Assembly: GCA_951406725.2 (NCBI GenBank)
Contig: OX597826.1
Span: forward strand, 29,140,001 to 29,204,000
DNA from: Octopus vulgaris
Lineage: Eukaryota
DNA length: 64,000 bases
Direction: 5' to 3'
Below the pieces are notes generated by a model. That model searched no databases, was not told where the DNA came from, and saw only the letters and a program-made list of their open reading frames with translations. A program made the translations under genes and the position numbers. This document shows positions 55,897 to 64,000 of the stretch, piece after piece. Numbering within the stretch: position 1 is the first letter of the stretch; every line of letters begins with the position of its first letter.

Positions 55897-55943
55897 TTTA
55901 CATATATAATTTAGATATTTGTGTTTTGGTGTGTCTTTGACAG

Positions 55944-56110
55944 GAGTTCCTGAAACAAATGCAAGAACAACCAGGCAGTGAAGTTGGCAGCAACATTATC
56001 GGTCAGTTTGGTGTTGGCTTCTACTCTACCTTCATGGTCGGCACCAATGTTGAGGTGTACACCCAGTCCTACGTACCCGGAACACCAGCCTACAAGTGGT
56101 CATCTGATGG
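55944..56110 (+). CDS. TRAP1: TRAP1 exon, [10 protein letters not shown] motif
   Basis: tttgacAG acceptor and TGG|GTAAGT donor; 167 nt, phase 0 to 2. [55 protein letters not shown](G). The supplied ORF 55978-56172 reads this exon in the wrong frame. Confidence 0.97.
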
Positions 56111-56710
56111 GTAAGTTTTTCTGGTTAGCATGCTACATTGAATTGCTGAGGGATTCATGTCTGGCCAAATAAAATATGGACGTGTGTGTGTGTGTATCTC
56201 CTTGTTTTCACATCATGTTATAGTTGTAAATGAGTGTCATTGTTATACAAGCAGTGTCATTCGTTTCCAATATTCTGTGAAAACATGTCTAACCAGTGGG
56301 GAAATATTACTTTGCTAAGAAGCAGGTGAGGGTTGGGGACAGCAAGGCCATCCAGCTGTAGAATATCTGCTTCGATAATCTTTGATCCATGCAAGCATGG
56401 GGTAGGGGCGAAAAAACAGACGTTAAAATGATGGTGGTGGTGCTAGCAGCAGCAGTGGGGATCCTGATGTTGGTGGTAGTGATGATGATGAGGATGAGGA
56501 AGTGGAAGAAGATGGTTATCATGGTGGTGGTGGTGGTGGTGGCATACTGCTGCTGTTGATGATGATGTTGATACTGACAACATAAATGAGCAATGCTAGT
56601 GATTTGACGAATTTTAAGTTTAGTAAAAAAAATGTCAGATCACTGTTTGTGTTTTTGGAAATTTCAATACATTCTTATATTTCAGTAAAAATTTAGTCAA
56701 AGTCTGTACA

Positions 56711-57203
56711 TATAGTTCTATATTTAAGGGATGAGGAATTATTTACATTTGATGGATATTTGTCCTCATCTTGTTTGTTGTTAACTCAATGTTTTGGCTG
56801 ATATACCCTCCAGCCTTCATCAGGTGTCTTGGGGAAATTTTGAACCTGGGTTCTCATTCCTAAGGTATTATTCGTCATCGTCGCCACTGCCATAGTTGTT
56901 GATGAGGAGGAGGAGGAAATTACCGCATGGAATCGAACTCGGAATCTTGGGGTTAGTGATGTAGTGGTTAAGAGCGCGGACTACTAACCCCAAGATTCCG
57001 AGTTCCATTCCAAGCAGTGACCTGAATAATAATGATAATTATAATAATAATAATAATAACATCGAAAAATACCTCAGGAATGAGAACCCAAGTTCGAAAT
57101 TTCCCCAAGACACCTGATGAAGGCTGGAGGGTATAACAGCCGAAACGATGTGTTAACAACAAACAAGATGAGGACAAATATCCATCAAATGTAAATCATG
57201 TAA
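56711..57203. mobile_element. Head-to-head inverted pair of a tRNA-headed, hammerhead-bearing SINE-like element
   Basis: 56958-57203 (+): gtagtggttaagagcg A-box, gagttccattcc B-box, (AAT)n, then CTGATGA...GAAAC. 56711-56957 (-): the same element truncated at the anticodon loop. Confidence 0.85.
57109..57154 (+). ncRNA. Minimal type I hammerhead ribozyme motif (Penelope-type), family A
   Basis: gacac-CTGATGA-a-ggctg(gagggtataa)cagcc-GAAAC-GAT-gtgtt gives stem I gacac/gtgtt, stem II ggctg/cagcc and no monomeric stem III. Sister copies at 52503-52548(+), 51468-51513(-), 56783-56828(-). Inferred consensus GAAACGTT; each copy has at least one change. Confidence 0.75.
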
Positions 57204-58088
57204 AGTTTGTACAGTTTTACCAATTCCAAGTCCAGCAACCCATTAATTGCTTCTAGTTCTAACTCCATGACTCTGACTCTACAAACCTCACAGGAAGCTT
57301 ATTGCATTTTATAAGATACAGAGAGAAAAATGGCAGTAGTGGTGGTGGTGGTGGCAGCAGTAGTGACAGCAGCCGCTGCTGGGGTCTAAGCACACTACTG
57401 GTTCTGTATTCCTGCCAGAAGCCATACAGTACACAACCAACCTTGTATAGCATATCTTCATGCTGCAGATTGAGTTTAACACTTCAGCATTTAAACCAGC
57501 CATAACCAGCCAAAATGTGAAGCTGCATGGCTCAGTGGTTAGAGCGTCGAGTTTACGATCCTGAGGTTGTGGGTTCGAATCACGGACCGAGCTGCGTGTG
57601 TGTGTTCTTGAGCAAGACACTTTATTTCACATTGCTCCAGTTAACTCAGCTGTAGAAATGAGTTGCAACATCACTGGTGCCAAACTGTATCGGCTCCTTT
57701 GCCTTTCCCTTGGATAACGTCAGTATGCACAGGTGACTGTTGGTCTTCCATAAAACAACCTTGCCCAGACTTGTGCCTCGGAAGGCAAGTTTCTAGGTAC
57801 AATCTCATGGACATTCATGACCGAAAGGGTGGTGGGGGCCACCCTCACCCTCATTCGGCCAAAATATTCTACTGGGTTTATGTTTAAGCTGGCCGCATCT
57901 GGCCTCTCACACTTACGTTACAATATTATACTAAAACTCAACAATCATGTCATTGAAATTTCAAAGCTACAAGAAAATACATGACCAATTCATAGGAACA
58001 GGAATATGTAAGCATTTGACAAAGTAATCTGAAGACTAAAGGATCAAGAGATATTCAGATATTAATCCCATTAATCCCTGATATTATA

Positions 58089-58140
<52 letters not shown>

Positions 58141-58195
58141 TATACATATACATATATATACATATACATATATATATATATACATATATATATAC

Positions 58196-58231
<36 letters not shown>

Positions 58232-58292
58232 GTATATATATATGTATGTATATATATATGTATGTATATATATATGTATGTATATATATATG

Positions 58293-58469
<177 letters not shown>

Positions 58470-58486
58470 GTGTGTATGTGTATATG

Positions 58487-58606
<120 letters not shown>

Positions 58607-59872
58607 GTTGAATTTTCTCACCACATCAGCTCTATTTCTGTTAGTCTGTTATGATTTTCAGTTAGTTTACCTTCTATTATAATTATTTATTAATTATAAA
58701 ATTTTATCGATTAGCCATTATTGCTTGCTGGCCACTAATATTATTAGTCTTATTATTAATTATTTATGTATTTACTTTAAGAATGATGATGATGATGACA
58801 ACAACAATGGCGAAGATCTTTCTACTGGAAGGACAAGGCCTCAAATTATGGTGGAAGTGGTTACATTAAGTCAGTTACATTGATCCCAGTACACAGCTGG
58901 TACTTAATTTATTGACCCTGAAAGGATGAAAGGCAAAGTCGACCTCAGAGGAATTTGAACTCAGAACGTAAAGACAGACGAAATGCTGCTAAGCATTTCA
59001 TCTGGCATGCTAACGATTCTGCCAGCTCACCGCCTTAATAATAATAATAATGATGATGATGATGATATCGATATGAATATTCATTCGAATATTTACTCAT
59101 TTATTGTCTTTATATATATATATACACACACATACTCACTAGAGTAGTTAGTGTTAGGAAGGGCATCCAGCTGTAAAAACTGTGCCAAAACAGACTGGAG
59201 TTTGATGCAACCCACTGGCTTGCCAGCTCTGGTCAAACAGTCCAACTCATGCCAGCATGGACAACAGATGTTAAATGATGATAAAGATATATATATATGT
59301 ACATGGGCAGTGAGCTGGCAGAATCATTAGCACGCCACGCGAAATGCTTAGCGATATTTTGTCTGGCGTTACGTTCTGAGTTCAAATTCCACCAAGGTCG
59401 ACTTTGCCTTTCATCTTTTCAGGGTTGATTAAATAAGTACCAGTTACGCACTGGGGCGATGTAATCAACTTAATCCCTTTCACTGTCCTTGTTTGTCCCC
59501 TCTATGTTTAGCTCCCTGTGGGCAATAAAGAAATATATATGTGTGTGTGTGTGTATATAGATATATATATATGTATATATATATGTATGTATAGTGTGAT
59601 GCTGGTAGGTGCAGTTGTGATGCAAATAGAAGCAGGAGTTGGTTAATAATTATTAATTTCAGTGTCGCCCTATTATCATGGAATGATGGATGGTCTCTGT
59701 GTCTTTCTTGAAGATTGATTCCACTTGTGTAATGAGCAAGACATCAGACAACGGTGCCATTGTTTAGCACAGCATGAATAATGTCCAAATATTGCTGGGA
59801 AATCTGTTCTGTGAATCCATTCACTGACCACACTTTATGTACGATATCTGACACAAAACACCTATTAGGATG

Positions 59873-59912
<40 letters not shown>

Positions 59913-60096
59913 GGGCAAATAAGAAGATATGTTACCTTACTAAATGCTCTCCACTATCCCTGCATCTTATCAATGTAAAATAGGCGAAGATCAATGCATG
60001 AAGAATCAATCAAATCTTATGCAACACTCCATAGAACAAATGGATTAATTGATTTCTTCTTATGTACAGGTCTATTTCTCTCTCTCTCTCTCTCTA

Positions 60097-60129
<33 letters not shown>

Positions 60130-60329
60130 TCTTTACTCTTTTACTTGTTTCAGTCATTTGACTGTGACCATGCTTGGGCACTGCCTTTAGTCGAGCAAAT
60201 CGACCCCAGTACTTATTCTTTGTAAGCCTAATACTTATTCTGTCGGTCTCTTTTGCCGAACTGCTAAGTTACAGGGACGTAAACACACCAGCATCAGTTG
60301 TCAAGTGATGTTGGGGGAACAAACACAAA

Positions 60330-60361
<32 letters not shown>

Positions 60362-60809
60362 TTACATATATACGACAGGCTTCGTTCAGTTTCCGTCTAC
60401 CAAATTCACTCTGCCCAAGGCTATAGTAGAAGACACTTGCCCAAGGTGCCACATAGTGCGACTGAACCTGGAACCATGTGGTTGGTAAGCAAGCTACTTA
60501 CCATACATCCACTCCTATGCCTATTTGATTTATATATATATGTTACAGCAAAAAAGAAAATTGAGAGGATACAAAACTGACATACATCAGCCAGTAGACT
60601 TTCTATTATGTCATTTTTGTATCCCCTCCACTTTCTTTTTGCCGTATAAATTATGGGTAAACCACTTTTTACCCTTGCCCATTTATTACGCTCATTAGTG
60701 AAATTTCCCTGCAATAACCAGCACTTGGGTACACTACCAGCAGTATACTGGATATAAGGTGCTATCCCCTATTTGGTTGGCTTCCCAGCCTCTAACTCGC
60801 ATGGAAATA

Positions 60810-60841
<32 letters not shown>

Positions 60842-61045
60842 CGAGGGTGGTGTGCTGAAAAGCTTCTGGCTGTGGATAAAAGCAAATACAGCAGGATCGG
60901 TTAATATTCCCCTTCTTAAATTCCCACACTTACTGTAGCAGTCCTTTAGTTTTTCTAATCCCTGTAAAAGAACTTGAAAGGTTGGGCCTCCAACCAACGC
61001 CTTTCTCGATACCCTTAAAGTCAGGAACTTTCCAGCACCCCTTTG
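60842..61045. mobile_element. Mariner-like MITE in (TA)n
   Basis: TA|CGAGGG..GTGCTGAAAAGCTTCTGGCT ... AGTCAGGAACTTTCCAGCACCCCTTTG|TA imperfect TIRs. Confidence 0.7.
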
Positions 61046-61772
61046 TATATATACACACCTAAACACATGCACAGATAGAGATGCATATGCATACATCTAC
61101 GCTCATAAACATGTGTGTATTGATAAAAAAGAAACGATAATCCTTTATTAAAATGATCACGTACACATTTTCCCTCTCTAATAAATACGAACTCTACACA
61201 TGTAAGGTAATAACATTACACACACACCACACACTACAATGCACACGCAGACACGTGCATACATACATCCACTACACACACACTACACATGCACACACTG
61301 CACATGCACACACTCTACACATGCACACACACACACTACACATGACCACACACACTCTACACATGCACACACACACACTACACATACACACACTACACAT
61401 ACACACACACTACACATGCTCACATACTACACGTACACACACACTACACATGCACACACACGCACTATGCATACACACATTACACATGCACACACACATG
61501 CACGCACACACATGGTTATAGATGTTCTTTCATATTAAAATTAATTGTTGACTCACTGAACAAAAGCATAAGTGTGTGTGTGTCTGTGTGTGCATGTATA
61601 TATACTTGTGTGTCGTGCTTGCATCTGTGCGTGCGTGTGTATGTATATATATATATAATATATATATGACTATTTGTGCACGTGTGGGGTCTGTCACCAA
61701 TAGCCATTGTGTGTGTGTGTGTGTCTATGTCGACACGTTCATCTTTTCTGCTTATTCTTCGTCACACCACAG

Positions 61773-61882
61773 CTCCGGAACTTATGACATCACCGAAGCC
61801 GAAAACGTCCAACGAGGAACCAAAATCATTGTACATCTGAAGGGAGACAGCTACGACTATGCACGCGAGGAAGTCATTCAAG
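61773..61882 (+). CDS. TRAP1: TRAP1 exon, end of N-domain (GTKI motif); gene continues beyond window
   Basis: caccacAG acceptor and AAG|GTAAGA donor; 110 nt, phase 2 to 1. (G)SGTYDITEAENVQRGTKIIVHLKGDSYDYAREEVIQ, in frame with the previous exon. Confidence 0.96.
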
Positions 61883-62924
61883 GTAAGACCAGGCGCCAAC
61901 AGAGGGCGGCAGTGGTAATGGTAGGGGGGGGTATTATATTTTTCTTAGTTTGGGGGATGGGGAAACGGCGACGTGTGTAGGTTGTAGGGTGGGGGCAGAG
62001 AAGGGTTGTTGTCTCATCAAGTGACATTGTGTCTGGAATGACTATGGTTTGGTTGGCTAGTCGACACTTTGGTACCGGCGCTAGTGAATCCTGTCTTCTT
62101 CCTATCTCAAAGGGTGTCTTCCTTCCTCACCATTATTTTTTTTTTCTTTTTTAATGTCTCGCATCCACACGTCGGCATCCTGGCTGCTGAAAGAGAGAGA
62201 GAGAGAGAGAGAGAGAGAACCTGCAAATTAGTGAGTGTATGTGTGTGTGTCTGCAAATATGTATATGGTTTTTGATTGCAAGTATGTGTGTATTTATTTG
62301 CATGTGTGTGTGTGTGTGTCTGCAAATATGTGTATGGTCTTTGCAAGTATGTGTGTGTTTATTTGCAGGTGTGTGTGTGTGATTACATCACAATTGTATG
62401 TTCGTGTATATTTTTTCTTGTCTTTTTTTTCTCTTTATTTTTTTTTCTGCTCTACGTTTGTTTATTTGAGTTTTCCCTAATTGTACTGACCCAAATTTAT
62501 TTCTTCTTTGTTCTTGTCTGTCTTTCTTTCTTCTTTCTTTCTCTCTCATGTCAAATACAGCCTAGGTCATTGTGCAATTGTGACAAGACTGCACTTATCA
62601 TCGCAATCATCATCACCATCATCATAATCATCTTCAATATATATATATATATATTTATATATATATGTATATATATATATATAAATGTGTGTGTCTGTGT
62701 TTGACCCCCACCATTGCTTGACAACTGATGCTGGTTTGTTTACATCCCTGTAACTTAGAGGTTTGGCAAAAGAGCCCGATAGAATAAGTACTAGGTTTAC
62801 AAAGAATAAGTCCTGGAGTCGATTTGTTTGACTAAAGGTGGTGCTCCAGCATGGCTGCCGTCAGATGACTGAAACAAATAAAAGAATACACATACACACA
62901 CACATCTATATATATACCCAAACA

Positions 62925-63585
62925 TGCTGGCACCATGTAACTAGCACCTGTGTTGGTGCCACATAAAAAAGCATCCAGTACATTCTGTAAAATGGTTGGC
63001 ATTAGGAAGGGCATCCAGCTGTAGAAATCCTGTCAAAACAGACAATGGAGCCTGGTGCAGCTCTTGTCAATGGAAAATGGACATTAAATAATGACGGTGT
63101 GGAGGAAGATTTGTATATTTATTTCATGTAATGCACGTAGCCAGAGTTTTTGACTTGACTCAAACACAACAAACAAGTCCAAATCCACCAAGGAGGAGTC
63201 AGGAGAGGCTAATTTGGATTGGCATGATTTGTGAAGACCTGTTGAGTCAAGTGGAGTCATTGTCATGGCCGATGACAGTACCATCTGATTGACACCCATG
63301 CTGATAGGACATAAAAAGCACCATTTGAGCATCATCGTTGCCAGTGGTACGTAAAAAGCACCATTCAAGCATGGTTGATGCCAGTACTGCCTGAGTGGAC
63401 CTCGTGCTGGTGGCGTGTAAAAAGCACCTACTATACTCTCGGAAGGGCATCCAGCTGTAGAAAACCATGCCAAATCAGACTGGAGTCTGGTGCAGCCTTC
63501 CAGCTTACCAGCCCTGGTCAAAGCGTCCAAACCATGTCAGCATGGAAAGCAGATGTTAAATGACAATGAAGATGATGATAATGAT
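62925..63585 (+). mobile_element. Interspersed repeat family with ggcattaggaagggcatccagctgtagaaa block and (GAT)n tail
   Basis: The same block occurs at about 34870-35050(-), 38060-38200(-), 53640-53810(+), 59145-59285(+). A related tail occurs in copies at about 23400-23650, 43830-44055, 48215-48710 and 56195-56430. Class not determined; probably a retroposon. Confidence 0.65.
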
Positions 63586-64000
63586 GTATTGAATCTTTTT
63601 AAGTTGCAAAAACGAAAACTTTAATCATGACATTTTGAGAGCATTTAATATGCACATTTCAGATCATTATGTAATAGATTATAAGATATCCATTCGTTCA
63701 TCTGAAACTTGAAGGTTGTAATTAAGAAGCATTATTGAATTGTATGGACAGTGTGCATCTCTAGAAATATAGAAATAAAACAGACACCCTATCAAGAACT
63801 GATGTGATCATCATAGCAGAGATACAGTGGGGTAATTTTTTAAATATTTCTTTATTGCCCACAGAAGCGACAAACAAGGACAGACAAAGCGACTAAGTTG
63901 ATTACATCGGCCCCAGTGCATAACTGGTACTTATTTAATCGACCCTGAAGGGATTAAAAGCAAAGTCGATCTCAGCGGAATTTGAACTCAGAACGTAATG

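Noticed and set aside
57523-57600. tRNA-like sequence (tggctcagtggttagagcg...gggttcgaatc)
   Set aside because: The acceptor stem does not close and the sequence continues into a SINE body (ttgagcaagacactttatttcac) also seen at about 24530, 30480 and 47540; a SINE head, not a tRNA gene.

Overview
Repeat-dense, AT-rich animal genomic DNA. The microsatellite load and SINE repertoire suggest an octopus or other cephalopod (inference, not verified). The only protein-coding gene I can recognise is TRAP1/HSP75 (mitochondrial Hsp90) on the + strand. Five consecutive GT-AG exons (33647-33729, 48821-48970, 52864-52935, 55944-56110, 61773-61882) splice in frame to give the N-terminal GHKL ATPase domain. 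The exons for the targeting peptide were not found, and the gene runs off the 3' end of the window. Almost all ORFs in the supplied track are microsatellite or SINE artefacts. The rest of the window is SINEs, a CR1-like LINE fragment, a Dong/R4-like LINE fragment in a (TAA)n tract, two Helitron-like elements, and mariner/hAT MITEs. The most unusual signal is several repeat families carrying minimal Penelope-type hammerhead-ribozyme motifs. One is a tRNA-headed SINE-like element found twice as a head-to-head inverted pair; another carries a fixed variant core (CUGUNGA). There is also a near-perfect ~335-bp inverted duplication (3475-3807 / 5320-5656) lying between two outward-facing start-like motifs.
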